NCBI RefSeq assembly: GCF_006345805.1
Contig: NW_021836396.1
Span: 1 to 25,621 of the forward strand
Direction: 5' to 3'
Origin: Octopus sinensis
Lineage: Eukaryota
Length of the DNA stretch: 25,621 bases
Under the pieces are notes generated by a model. It saw only the letters and a list, made by a program, of their open reading frames with translations, did no database searches and was not told the origin of the DNA. The translations under genes and the position numbers were made by a program. This document shows, in pieces, positions 1-10,514 of this stretch. Numbering within the stretch: the first letter of the stretch is position 1; each line of letters begins with the position of its first letter.

Positions 1-55
1 CCTAACAGACACACAGACACACAGACAGACAAACTGCCGTTTATATATAGAGAGA
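1..55 (-). mobile_element. Probable 5' end of a non-autonomous Helitron-like element running off the window start
   Basis: Minus strand reads A^TCTCTCTATATATAAACGGCAGTTTGTCTGTCTGTGTGTCTG: a TC start after an A, followed by a (TCTG/TGTC)n tract, as in Helitron-derived non-autonomous elements. Only 55 bp visible. Confidence 0.45.
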
Positions 56-314
56 TTTAGCAATCATTTCTAACATACCGAGTGACTACATAGAGGCTCC
101 GTCGTTGGTTCGTCTCGGTTCATACATAAATCGGGAAGCGTGTGTCGTCTGCCAGCTTTGACGACATTGAAACGATTGAAAGGAAGTAGTTATGACGTAC
201 GTGTGGTTTTTGGCTCTGTGTGGGTGGGTGAGCGAGAAAGCACGTGTGTGTGAATACATGTGCTTGCGCAATGCATCTCTGTGTGTATGCGAGTGTGATT
301 ATGTGAGCGTTTGT

Positions 315-350
<36 letters not shown>

Positions 351-503
351 TGCGTTTGAGCTTGTGTGAGCATATGTGCATATGGATATTCATATGTGCG
401 GCGTGTGTATGCATACGTGTGTACATGTATACAAGAACACATGTGTGTGTGTGTGTGTGTGTACGTACGCGTGTATGTATGTGTATAAACGCAAGTATTT
501 ACA

Positions 504-688
504 TACGAGAGGGGGCTGAAAATTCCCTGGCTTTAAGGGTGTCGCGAAAGGCCAGGCTGGAGGCCCAGCCTTCCGAGTTCTTCTACAGGGCTTAGAAAAA
601 CTGAAGGACCGCTTTACGTTAAATAAAATCATAATTAACGGATCCTCCTTTATTTTCTTTACCCAAACCCACCAACTTTCCAACACTT

Positions 689-692
<4 letters not shown>
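504..692 (+). mobile_element. Mariner-derived MITE, copy 1 (internally deleted, diverged right TIR)
   Basis: Left end TA-CGAGAGGGGGCTGAAAATTCCCTGGCTTT. Degenerate right TIR AAACCCACCAACTTTCCAACACTTCC-ATA. Interior is colinear with copy 2 and retains a transposase C-terminal remnant (PSEFFY..GLEKLKDR). Confidence 0.75.
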
Positions 693-730
<38 letters not shown>

Positions 731-848
731 TATAGATATCATGCATACATACATATATACACGCATACATGCATACATACATACATACATACATATACAA
801 ACACATACATACATACACACATACATACATACATACACACATACATAC

Positions 849-910
<62 letters not shown>

Positions 911-968
911 ATATAGATAGATATATATATATATATACATACATATATACATATATATACACATACAT
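691..968. repeat. Compound (TA)n/(TACA)n microsatellite between the two MITEs
   Basis: Visible directly in the sequence. Confidence 0.95.
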
Positions 969-1185
969 ACGAAGGGTGCTGAAAAGTTCCTAGCTTAAGG
1001 GTGTCGCAAAAGTCTTGATTGGAGGCTCAGCATTCCGGGTCCTTTTACAGGGCTTAGAAAGTTTGAAGGAATGTTGCAACAAGTGTCTGAATCCGAGAAG
1101 GGAATATGTTGGATAAAACCATAATTAACAGATCCTTCTATATTTTCTTTTACCCTTAAAGCCAGGAACCTTTCAGCACATCGTT
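968..1185 (+). mobile_element. Mariner-derived MITE, copy 2
   Basis: Left TIR TA-CGAAGGGTGCTGAAAAGTTCCTAGCTT; right TIR AAAGCCAGGAACCTTTCAGCACATCGT (1158-1184). Interior encodes GLESLKECCNKCLNPRREYVG*, resembling the mariner transposase C-terminus (G..KL..RW.KC....G.YVE*). Confidence 0.85.
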
Positions 1186-1483
1186 CTGCGTATGTTTGTA
1201 TGCGTATGCGCATGTGTGTACATGTTTGCGTACGTGAGTGTCTGCGCACGCGTGCGTGTGTGTGAGGTTTGCGTGGGCTTTGTGACATTGTCAACATGTG
1301 TGTGGGTGGTTGTTTACGTTTGTACCTGAATGTCACGAGATGAGGAAGACAAAACAGACGACGATTCTTTAACAACAAACTCAACACAAAAGGAGAATCT
1401 TTTAAAATATCAATTAAACAGAATAATTATCCTTTTTTTCAAAAAAAAAAACATTGAAATTTTCAGATGAATCTTTTAGGTTT

Positions 1484-1700
1484 TTATCTCTTTTACTGAT
1501 TTTAGTCATTGGATTGCGGCCATGCTGGGGTAACACCTTCAAGGATTTAATCGAAACAAATTGCCCCCACTACTTTTTATACATTTTTTTAAAAGCTTGG
1601 TACTTATTTTATCGTTTTCTTTTTGCCGAACTGCTACGGGATGGGGTGTAAACAAACCAACACCGGTTGTCAAGTGGTGATGGATGACAAACACAAACAC
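1484..1700 (-). mobile_element. SINE family A, 3' half only
   Basis: Colinear with 6055-6260: CTCTTTTAC..AGTCA..TGCGGCCATGCTGG..GGTACTTATT..GCCGAAC..CGGTTGTCAAG..GACAAACAC. Confidence 0.7.
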
Positions 1701-1738
1701 ATAGATGTATACATATATGTGTGTGTGTGTGTGTATGT

Positions 1739-1755
1739 ATATATATATAATATAT

Positions 1756-1850
<95 letters not shown>
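1739..1850. repeat. (TA)n microsatellite
   Basis: Visible directly in the sequence. Confidence 0.95.
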
Positions 1851-1851
<1 letters not shown>

Positions 1852-1853
<2 letters not shown>

Positions 1854-2209
1854 GTCGTGGCACTCCGTCGGTTACGACGACGAGGGTTCCAGGTGATCCA
1901 ATCAACGGAACAGCCTGCTCGTGAAATTAACGTACAAGTGGTTGAGCACTCCACAGACATGTGTACCCTTAACGTAGTTCTCGGGGAGATTCAGCGTGAC
2001 AAGGCTGGCCCTTTGAAATACAGGTACAAGAGAAACAAGAAGAAAGAGTGAGACAAATTGTGGAGAAAGAATACAGCTCCTAGTGGTGCCTCGTGGAGCT
2101 TTAGGTGTTTTCATTCAATAAAAACTCACAACGCCCAGTCTGGGAATCGAAACCGCGATCCTATGACCGTGAGCCCACTGCCCTAACCACTGGGCCATTG
2201 CGCCTCCAC
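1852..2209 (-). mobile_element. tRNA-derived SINE, near full length, carrying a central domain shared with 5224-5335
   Basis: Minus-strand head GTGGAGGCGCAATGGCCCAGTGGTTAGGG has an A box and GGTTTCGATTCCC B box. The 1925-2025 block (CAAGTGGTTGAGCACTCCACAGACA..GTGACAAGGCTGGCCCTTTGAA) recurs at 5238-5330. The element ends in a GACGGAGTGCCACGACGAA tail. Confidence 0.85.
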
Positions 2210-2293
2210 ACACACACACACATGTGTATACTGTTCCGTGATAGAGAGATCAATGAAAAAAGAACTCCATCTGGTGAGAGATAAATATATATT

Positions 2294-2413
2294 CCGTCTA
2301 CCAACTCCACTCATAAGATTTTTGGTCAGCTCGGATCCCTAGTAAAATACACTTGCCCAAGGTACCGCGCAGCAGGACCGAACCCTGAATCATGTGATTG
2401 GGAAGAAAAACTT
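2294..2413 (-). mobile_element. SINE family A head fragment
   Basis: TCCGTCTACCAACTCCACTCATAAG..CACTTGCCCAAGGTACC..CAG aligns with 6347-6460. Confidence 0.6.
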
Positions 2414-2457
2414 CGGTAATAATTTTTAAAAAAGATATTAAATTTAAAGAACATATT

Positions 2458-2850
2458 CTTTTCTACTCTAGGTAGAAGGCTCGAAATCTTTGTTGAAGGA
2501 GCCAGTCGATTAGATCGACCACACTACGCAACTGGTACTTAATTTATCGATATCCAAAAGGTAAAGTCGACCTCGGCGGAATTTGAACTTAGAACATAAA
2601 GACAGACGAAATACCTATTTCTTTACTACCCACAAGGGACTAAAAACAGAGAGGACAAACAATGACAGACAAACGGATTAAGTCGATTACATCGACCCCA
2701 GTGCGTAACTGGTACTTATTTAATCGACCTCGAGAGGATGAAAGGTAAAATCGATCTCGGCGGAATTTGAACTCAGAACATATAGCGGCAGACGAAATAC
2801 GGCTACGCATTTCGCCCGGCGTGCTAACGTTTCTGCCAGCTCGCCGCCTT
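2458..2850 (-). mobile_element. Dimeric SINE family B with 17-bp target-site duplication
   Basis: Head GGCGGCGAGCTGGCAGAAACGTTAGCACGCCGGGCG and B box GAGTTCAAATTCC. The internal block GTATTTCGTCT..ATCGACT occurs twice, with the junction near 2614. Flanks are AATTTAAAGAACATATT (2441-2457) and AATTTAAAAAATATATT (2851-2867), 15/17 identical. Confidence 0.9.
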
Positions 2851-2875
2851 AATTTAAAAAATATATTATTCAGCC

Positions 2876-2910
2876 GGATGGCTGAAACAAGTAAAAGAGT
2901 AAAAGAGTAA
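2876..2910 (+). mobile_element. SINE family A 3' tail stub
   Basis: GGATGGCTGAAACAAGTAAAAGAGTAAAAGAG matches the reverse complement of the 6055-6078 tail. Confidence 0.5.
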
Positions 2911-2929
2911 GCATCTAGAACCTTCGAAA

Positions 2930-3545
2930 GAACATAAAATGATTTGTTTCATTTTTAGCGCTTAAAACTATAAAAAAAATACGTAACATTTTAAAATGAT
3001 ATTTATTTTCATAATTGAAGTGAAAAATCATTTTTGGCATTAAATTCTAAGACAACAGGCATTTTGATTATTTTCAAAGAGAATTTTAAGAAAACTTAAA
3101 CCCATAATCTGTTTTGATTTAATTTTAAAATAATTTTATACTAAATTTAACATAAAATTTTTGAAAAACTTAAAATATTTCGAGTAATGCTTACTTAATT
3201 ATATACTAAAACTTTTAATTTCTAAAATATATTTTAAATTTAATTTTTCAATTAATATTCTAAAATATTAGTATAGCTTTTTTTAAATAATTATTTTTGA
3301 AATTGAAATTTTAAAAACTTTCTGTTAGAAAAGATTTAACCAAATTTCAAAAACTTTAATTTAAACATCAGTTTTGCTTAATCAAATTTTTAAAATGATT
3401 TTCTATATTTAATTCTTACCAGACTTTCAAAAATATTTCTAAGGTTTTTTTCAAAAACAAAATTGTCTTTCAAATTGATACAAAATAAAATCAGATTTAA
3501 GATATATTTTAATTGTTTGTGTTTAATGCACTTTTTAATTTGACG
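2930..3545. other. Very AT-rich low-complexity tract of alternating A- and T-runs
   Basis: Composition visible directly; no ORF and no tandem unit. Confidence 0.7.
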
Positions 3546-3713
3546 TTTGTTTTGTCTTTTGCTTTCCGGCGGTTATAAGCAGAATCTCATATTTCCTTAA
3601 TATGAAAAGAGCATACCCCACTCCTCGCACACAACTCTTCCTCACACACACACACACACACACATATATACGTATATAGTGGGAATTAAGATAAACTTCA
3701 GTATAAATTATTA

Positions 3714-3811
3714 GTTCTTACGTACGTTTCATCACTGTGGTTATTTGGAACTCAGCACTGGATGTTCCATGAGCATTTGAATGCTTAACCGCAATGGATC
3801 ATCAGGGGAAC
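3714..3811 (-). ncRNA. Candidate type-I hammerhead ribozyme, family 1 (long stem II), probably Penelope-like terminal repeat
   Basis: Minus strand: GUUCCC-CUGAUGA (3805-3799)-[stem II arms 3798-3786 / 3743-3731]-GAA-ACGUACGU (palindrome)-A-AGAAC. Core is canonical, triplet is GUA, stem I is imperfect. Confidence 0.55.
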
Positions 3812-3869
3812 ACTTTATTGCGTTCTGCTACAGAAATGCGAGATACGTGAACGCATGTATGTATGTATC

Positions 3870-4935
3870 ATGAACTTATTGTATACAGAGCTCAGGTGCA
3901 TTACAACTTATCAGAAAAAGTAGCCAAAAGTGCATGAACGGTGCAGGGAATAATGCACAGGAAGTGAAGAGTAAATGAGTCGTTTACGAAAAAGGGGAAG
4001 AGGATTTTCCGGTGTACTGTTGGCGAATTTCGGGAAGCATGGAGGTTTTGAAGAATGTAGTGTCCCAACAGCTAACAACTGTTGCGAGTAGTTTATTCCA
4101 TGCTTTAGCAATTCCAGAGTCTGAAAAAAATGTTTCCGAAAGTTATGGGTTCTGTGTTTCCTTATGATTTTGTAAGCATGTCCACGAGTGTTTGACAAAT
4201 GGAATTCAAAAATGTTCTCAGGGTTGTGTTTGGAAAGACGAGGGATAATCTTGGACGTGTCCTTACCCAGGGAAGGGTAAGACATTCAGAGTGTGGTAGG
4301 TACCTGACGGCGGTTATTCGTGTGGTCGCTCTTTTCTGAACAGCTTCCAGCAGATGATATATATGCTGAATAAGATAGGGGCTCCAGACTGGTGATACAA
4401 ACTCTACGTGTGGACGTACCATAGCCATATACAGCTTTAAACAGACAGCTAGAAGAGCGGCTGGCAAAAGTTTTACAATTTTAGATATGTGGTTTGTCTA
4501 GCGCAAATTGCTGCTGACAATAATGTCCAGATCATCTTTACTAGCAAACTTCTTTAGATTGATGTCGTAGAGGGAGTATATAAAAGCTGGGTTTTTACCT
4601 CCCAAAATGTTTGGTGGTGCACTGGTCCAAGGCCAGCTTGAGTTTCCAGTCAGTAATCCATTGCTGCATTATGTCCAGGACGATTGCAGGAAAGATCTAT
4701 AGCGTATAGGATCTGTTCTTTTTATCTCAAGATGTCATCTGTATATTTCAACACCGTAATGTTCTTCAAGTTGACATCTGTGTCATTATCATTAATATAT
4801 ACAACAAAAAAACAGAGGTCCAAGAACGGGTTGGTGTGTTACACCAGATATCATTTCATAGGGTTATGAACGCTGTCATTGAACCGTGACTATCTCTTTT
4901 CGACTAAGAACGAAGGACTTCAACCACATATGTTG
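3870..4935 (-). mobile_element. 5'-truncated, decayed CR1/L2-type LINE (RT domain to 3' end)
   Basis: Frameshifted minus-strand translation gives WLKSF..RKEIVTV, SGVTHQPVLGPLFF..YIND, LKYTDD (YADD equivalent, 4734-4745), LDIMQQWITDWKL, HFGR.KN, LKLYMAMVRPHVEFVSPVWSPY, LEAVQKRAT and NTRGHAYK, then a 3' UTR ending GCACCTGAGCTCTGTATACAATAA. Confidence 0.9.
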
Positions 4936-4968
4936 CATGCGTGAGTGTGTGTGTGTGTGTATGTGTGT

Positions 4969-5033
<65 letters not shown>

Positions 5034-5055
5034 CATTGTTTCTATTCATAAGTAA

Positions 5056-5160
5056 GTGTAGGCATGCTGTTTTGTTAAGAAGTTCGCTTCTCAATCGCGT
5101 GATTTCGGTTTCAGTTCGCCCGGGCGACATTTTGGGCGAATGTCTTCTATACAGCCCCAG
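5056..5160 (+). mobile_element. Decayed SINE family A head
   Basis: GTAGGCATGCTG..TAAGAAGTTCGCTTC..GGTTTCAGTTC..TTGGGCGAATGTCTTCTA aligns with the reverse complement of 6395-6489. Confidence 0.5.
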
Positions 5161-5223
5161 TGTAAAGAATTCAATTTAAACTCCATCCACCGCCCTCACA
5201 CACACGAACACACATACATTTCA

Positions 5224-5430
5224 AGTTAAATTATCGTGCAAGTGGCTGAGTACTCCACAGACATGCGTACCTTCAGGGAAATTCAGTGTGACACAGAATG
5301 TGACAAGTCTGGCCCTTTGAATTACAAGTACAACTCACTTTTGCCAGCTGAGTGGACTGGAGCAATGTGAAATAAAGTGTCTTGCTCAAGGACACAACTC
5401 GCCGTCGGGAATTGAACTAAGCCACGAGAT
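5224..5430 (-). mobile_element. SINE family C: shared central domain plus head fragment
   Basis: 5238-5330 matches 1925-2025. 5345-5400 (CAGCTGAGTGGACTGGAGCAATGTGAAATAAAGTGTCTTGCTCAAG) matches 6762-6805 and 22950-22996. Confidence 0.75.
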
Positions 5431-6054
5431 TTCACTTTTTGATGCCTTTAAGAAAAAAATCAATCACTGGACATTGGAGGTTCTGAGTCTGCATTTTAAA
5501 ATACAAACGTTGGTAGTATTTATTTTGTTTGTTTGTTTTTCTCCCCCCCCCCTTTATTCTAATGAGAAACTTATTCGGATTAGAGGATTTGCAAGTGCAG
5601 TACCCCCCACCCCTGCCAAACGTGTCGTTTGTATTTGATGAAAGTAAATATATCTTGTTTGCATTCGGAAGCACTGGTTTGTTTTTACTTTCTGGTAATT
5701 TAAAACCGATGCTTCAATTCGATTTTACTAAAGGTATAACGTAATTACGAATATATTTATACATTTCAAATACGATCGAAATATACATTAGACAAAAACA
5801 AAATGTATTGATAAACATCAAATGCAGAAGAAGTATGTTTATATACAAAACAACATATATTAATAGAGTTGAAATGCAAACGAAATATGTTTGCCAGAGA
5901 AAAATATATATTTATATTTTCTAAATGAGAATAAAATATATTGATATACAAAATGAAATACAAACAGGTCTAAGTAGCGCATGCGCGTAATCAGCAAAAC
6001 ACTTGTATAGACATAAATGGCCTCGCACGTTGCCTCGCTCGACGGAGACCTCTT

Positions 6055-6489
6055 CTACTCTTTTACTTGTTTCAGTCATATGACTGCGGCCATGCTGGAG
6101 CACCGCCTTTAGTCGAGCAAATTGACCCCAGGACTTATTCTTTGTAAGCCTAGTACTTATTCTGTCGGTCTCTTTTGAGTGGGAATCTTTTGATTTCTAT
6201 CGGTCTCCTTTGCCGAACCGCAAACACACCAGCATCGGTTGTCAAGCGATGTTGGGGGGACAAACACAGACACACAGACACACACACACATTCACACACA
6301 CACACACATATATACATACACATATATACGACGGGCTTCTTTCAGTTTCCGTCTACCAAATCCACTCACAAGGCTTTGGTCGGCCCAATACTTTAGTAGA
6401 AGATACTTGCCCAAGGTGCCATGCAGTGGGACTGAACTCGGAACCATGTAGTTGGTAAGCAAGCTACTTACCATAGCCATTCCTGTGCC
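6055..6489 (-). mobile_element. tRNA-derived SINE family A, near full length
   Basis: Head GGCACAGGAATGGCTATGGTAAGTAGC with B box GAGTTCAGTCCC, an internal (TG)n tract and a TGACTGAAACAAGTAAAAGAGTAG tail. There is a small internal duplication at 6165-6212. Confidence 0.9.
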
Positions 6490-6539
6490 AAGATTTTTAG
6501 TTTTTTTCTGGTGGTATTTATAAATTATTCTTATTGGTA

Positions 6540-6561
6540 ATTATTATTATTATTATTATTA

Positions 6562-6603
<42 letters not shown>
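6540..6603. repeat. (TAT)n microsatellite
   Basis: Visible directly in the sequence. Confidence 0.95.
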
Positions 6604-6604
<1 letters not shown>

Positions 6605-6745
6605 GACAAAAAAAAGCAATAATCCTTTCTATTATACCAAAAGAAAAGAAAGAAGAAATGTTTTCTTCTCGAGCCGCACCGGGCTCCAAAGGTTCCAGTG
6701 GCGTATAAATTTCCCACCGAGATGGGAAGCTGATCCGTCGCAGAC

Positions 6746-6879
6746 TTACTCACTTTTGCTTGCTGAGTGGACTGGAGCAACGTGAAGTGAAGTGTTTAGC
6801 TCAAGAACGCAACGCATCGCCCGGTCCAAGAATCGAAACCACAATCCAACACCCTAACCACTAAGCCACGCGCCTCCAC
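6746..6879 (-). mobile_element. SINE head plus shared central block, 3'-truncated
   Basis: Minus strand GTGGAGGCGCGTGGCTTAGTGGTTAGGG (A box), GGTTTCGATTC (B box), then TTGAGCTAAACACTTCACTTCACGTTGCTCCAGTCCACTCAGC. Confidence 0.75.
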
Positions 6880-6880
6880 T

Positions 6881-7092
6881 TTCTACTATATGCACAAGGC
6901 CTGAAATGTTGGGGAAGGGGGAATAGTCGATTACATCGACCCCGGTTCTCACTGGTACTTATTTTATCGACCCTGAAAGGATGAAAAGGCAAAGTCAACC
7001 TCGGCGAAATTTGAACTCAGATCATAAAGACAAACGAAATACCGCTAAGTACTTCGCCCGGCGTGCTAACGTTTCTGCCAGCTCGCCGCCTT
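6881..7092 (-). mobile_element. Monomeric SINE family B
   Basis: Same GGCGGCGAGCTGGCAGAAACGTTAGCACGCCGGGCG head and body as 2615-2850, but a single unit with tail ATTTCAGGCCTTGTGCATATAGTAGAA. Confidence 0.9.
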
Positions 7093-7122
7093 AATAATAA
7101 TATATATATGCATATCTATCAC

Positions 7123-7123
<1 letters not shown>

Positions 7124-7209
<86 letters not shown>

Positions 7210-7237
7210 GTCTGTCTGTCTGTCTGTCTGTCTATAT
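7124..7237. repeat. (CTGT)n-(CTAT)n-(CTGT)n compound microsatellite
   Basis: Visible directly in the sequence. Confidence 0.95.
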
Positions 7238-7239
7238 AA

Positions 7240-7975
7240 TGTCAGGTCAATTGTGTGGTCTCTCATGACTGCTACTGGTAACATGGCATTCAGGACAATT
7301 TGTTGCATGCCCGGGTCATTCATATCCCCACCACTAAGCTTACCTAGTGAGGGGTGTTGCCTGAAACCCAACAGGACTAAAAACAAGACCTGTCAAAAGA
7401 ACGGATGAACACGGTGTAGATTCAACGACTATCAAGTAATAAATAACACGGGCCCTCAGAAATTCCAGAGCTGATGCCTGGGATGCTGAAAGACCACTGG
7501 GAGGGAGGCATCCCTCGGCTTTTGTTAAAGCATATTTCTAGGAGAAACCAGATATGCAAGGAATGGCATTGAACATTTTGGGGACCTTTTGCAAGCGATT
7601 GACATCATGGTGCTCCTATATCCCTGGCCTTGCGATCCCTATTGGAACAGGATATCTTGCCTCTGGATCCTGTCTGTAGGGTGCAGAGGGTTTGTGGGGT
7701 GCAGCGAAAGCCTTATCGGAAGAAACATTTCAGGTTGTGCAATCGCCGACGCGGCGAATTTCCGATGCCCAGTCGAGCAGGAAGGCGCTGCGACAACCAT
7801 GGTAGCCGCGGGGGCGACCTAAGGGTCGGTGAAGAATTAAACGGGGTCGATGATAGCCAAGGAATCGAATGGGGGTCGGCATGCGAAAGACCAGCTGACC
7901 CAGATGAACTGTTTGAAATACTTGGTCAGCGCCATGCCCATCCCTCCCGTAAATGTTGCCAATTTCAATAAAACA
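7240..7975. other. GC-enriched island, possibly the 5' region of an RTE-type LINE
   Basis: Sharp rise in GC and CpG relative to the flanks. 7335-7500 resembles my recollection of cephalopod RTE 5' UTRs (CTTACC.GTGAG..GAAACCC..AGGAC..CCTGTCAA..CGGATGAAC). No RT or endonuclease motif found. Confidence 0.3.
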
Positions 7976-8199
7976 TCTTCCAGCAATATGATGTGTTTTT
8001 CACATTTTCTGTGAAAACAATTTCATAAAAATTGAAAGTTTAGTAATGTATATTCGTACACGTAGTTTTAAATGTAAAAAGTGAGTCATCTTCAATAGAA
8101 TTCCTTAATTTGTCAAACGTGTGTGTTTTAGCTAACATTTTAATCGCCAGCATCAGTACCCGGTACGCATTTAAGATATGGTACAGTAGGGTAGGGTAT

Positions 8200-8286
8200 T
8201 AAGATATTTTAAATGAGGAGGGTAATTGATGCAGAAGGAAAAGTGGCTAAAAGGGGTCGATGGTCGAAAAAGTTTGGCGACCTCTG
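8200..8286 (-). mobile_element. hAT-like transposon terminus
   Basis: Minus strand begins CAGAGGTCGCCAAACTTTTTCGACC, matching the CAGGGGTC.CCAAACTTTT-type TIR of hAT elements. No partner end found. Confidence 0.5.
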
Positions 8287-8295
8287 GCGTAGACA

Positions 8296-8596
8296 AATAC
8301 ATATACACAGGCACATATATACATATGCACATACATACATACGCACACATATATACATACATACATATCTGTATGTATGTATGTATGTATGTATGTATGT
8401 ATGTATGTATGTATGTATGTATGTATGTATGTATGTATGTGCATATGTATATATATGTATACGTATATGTGTATATGTATGTATGTATAATATATATATA
8501 TATATATATGTATGTGTGTATATGTATATATATATACTGTATATATATGTATGTATGTATGTATATGTATATATATACATGTATGTATGTATTATA

Positions 8597-8654
<58 letters not shown>

Positions 8655-8680
8655 ATATACTGTATATGCACACACAGACG
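8296..8680. repeat. Compound (TACA)n/(GTAT)n/(TA)n microsatellite
   Basis: Visible directly in the sequence. Confidence 0.95.
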
Positions 8681-9472
8681 TACATAGCGAAAAGTAGGTG
8701 ACATTTGAGGAAGCTCTTGCATATATTTTCGAAATTTATGATAACAATTGAAGTATATTAGATTCCTGTTATTGACTCGCATTTAATCGATGTAGCGATA
8801 TTGATCAATCTATTTGGCTACCAAACCTATCTATTTATTGATTGCGATATCTATCAATCTATCTATTGATCTATGTGTTTATCTATAGATTCTTATATAT
8901 ATATATCTGTATGTATGCATAAACACATGTGTGTGTGTATGTGTGTAAAGCCTTAGGTTTGTTTTCATCATTGTGGCTAAGTCCATGTTAGAGCACCACC
9001 TGTGCATGAGTGCGTAAGTATGTATGCAAAATATAATATATATGTATACGTATGTATGTGTGTACATATTATGTCATATTTATATTATATATAACGTATA
9101 ATACACACACACAAACACACATTTTCAAAGTATAGACTGGATGAGATAAAACAGGTGGAAGACAAAGCCGGAAAGCTGTCAGATTAAAATCCCAACAGAC
9201 AGGAAACGGTGTACATTGGCAATAACGAACAAGATGGGGAGATGATCTGACGAGCACAGAAGACAGGGTACCCAAAGCCTAAAGACAAGAGGAGGCCATT
9301 TATCCTGCAATAGCTGGGCTCATTATGTACATGTGTCTATTTATGTGCATATAAGTGTGAGAAAAGGAGAGAGTATATATGAGTATGCATTCGAATGCCT
9401 GTAAATGCACCATGGTTTTTGTACTTTTCCATCATCTGTTTGCTTGTCTATAGATGTGAATTTGTATGTGTG

Positions 9473-9520
<48 letters not shown>

Positions 9521-9704
9521 ATATATGTTATGTATGATGCATATTGTCTCTCACAGACCACTCTGTCTCCTTTCCTCTCATACCCTCTCTCAACCCACTG
9601 ACACGCTTGCAATTTCGAAATTGTGAAATTTTAAACGTTGGACATTCTAAAATGGCGCCTAGCAGCCATCTGTTCTATCTCTCCGACTCTTTCATTCTCT
9701 CTGT

Positions 9705-9772
<68 letters not shown>

Positions 9773-10514
9773 ATGTATGTATGTATGTAAATTCCCTCGG
9801 CGTATCACACATGATGCTTGTATACAAACACGTACATGCATACATATGTGTGTGAGCATGTGTATGCATGTACGTATGTATGTGTATATATATATATATA
9901 TATATACATATCATAAACACACACACACACATATATGTGAGAGAGAGAAAGTGAAAGAGGGAGAGCGAGAGCGAGAGCGAGAGCGAGAGAGAGATGCATG
10001 TATATAATTCCCTCGGTGCAACTGCAACACACATACATATACCTGTATGTATGTATGTATGTATGTATGTATGTATGTATGTATGTATGTATGTATGCAT
10101 GTATGTACGTATGTATGCAACCATGTTGCGCCAAGAGAATAGAAGAGAAAAACAAACAGCGAAGAGGGAGATAAAAAAGAAAGACAAAAACATACCCAGG
10201 AGACCATTTAGATTTTTGTATTTTCAAGAGATATTGATCTAAATTTATTGATTCTCTGATGTTCGTATTCTAAACGACTGTCACTAACCGATTTCACCGA
10301 GAATAAGCTGCTACAACAATCTTAGCTTCTAGATATTTAATGCCTTCTCTATAAACTAAGAAAGCCAAGTTTCGTCCCACAAAGCACAATGTCTTTTATT
10401 TCGTAATGGCGTTCTCGTTTCTCTCTGTTTATTTCCCGCTGCACTTTGTTCTTTATCCAACCATCTTTCAACCTCATGAAAGAGGTTGTCAGTTCTTCAT
10501 TTGTATTTATATTA

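Noticed and set aside
2100-2209. tRNA-like A and B boxes here and in other SINE heads
   Set aside because: They continue into SINE bodies and lack a complete cloverleaf, so they are not tRNA genes.
5095-5160. Minus-strand AGAAGA..UUCGCCC/GGGCGAA..GAAAC resembling a hammerhead
   Set aside because: It has no valid core, stem III or stem I, and the sequence is explained as a decayed plus-strand SINE A head.
9200-9265. GAAAC followed by CTGACGA (possible permuted hammerhead)
   Set aside because: Stems I and II cannot be formed.
9649-9657. AAAATGGCG YY1-like motif
   Set aside because: An isolated 9-mer between microsatellites, expected by chance.
10190-10272. Minus-strand mini-exon ending at CTGG|GTATGT
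   Set aside because: The donor is good but the acceptor is weak, the peptide is unrecognisable and there is no supporting neighbouring exon.
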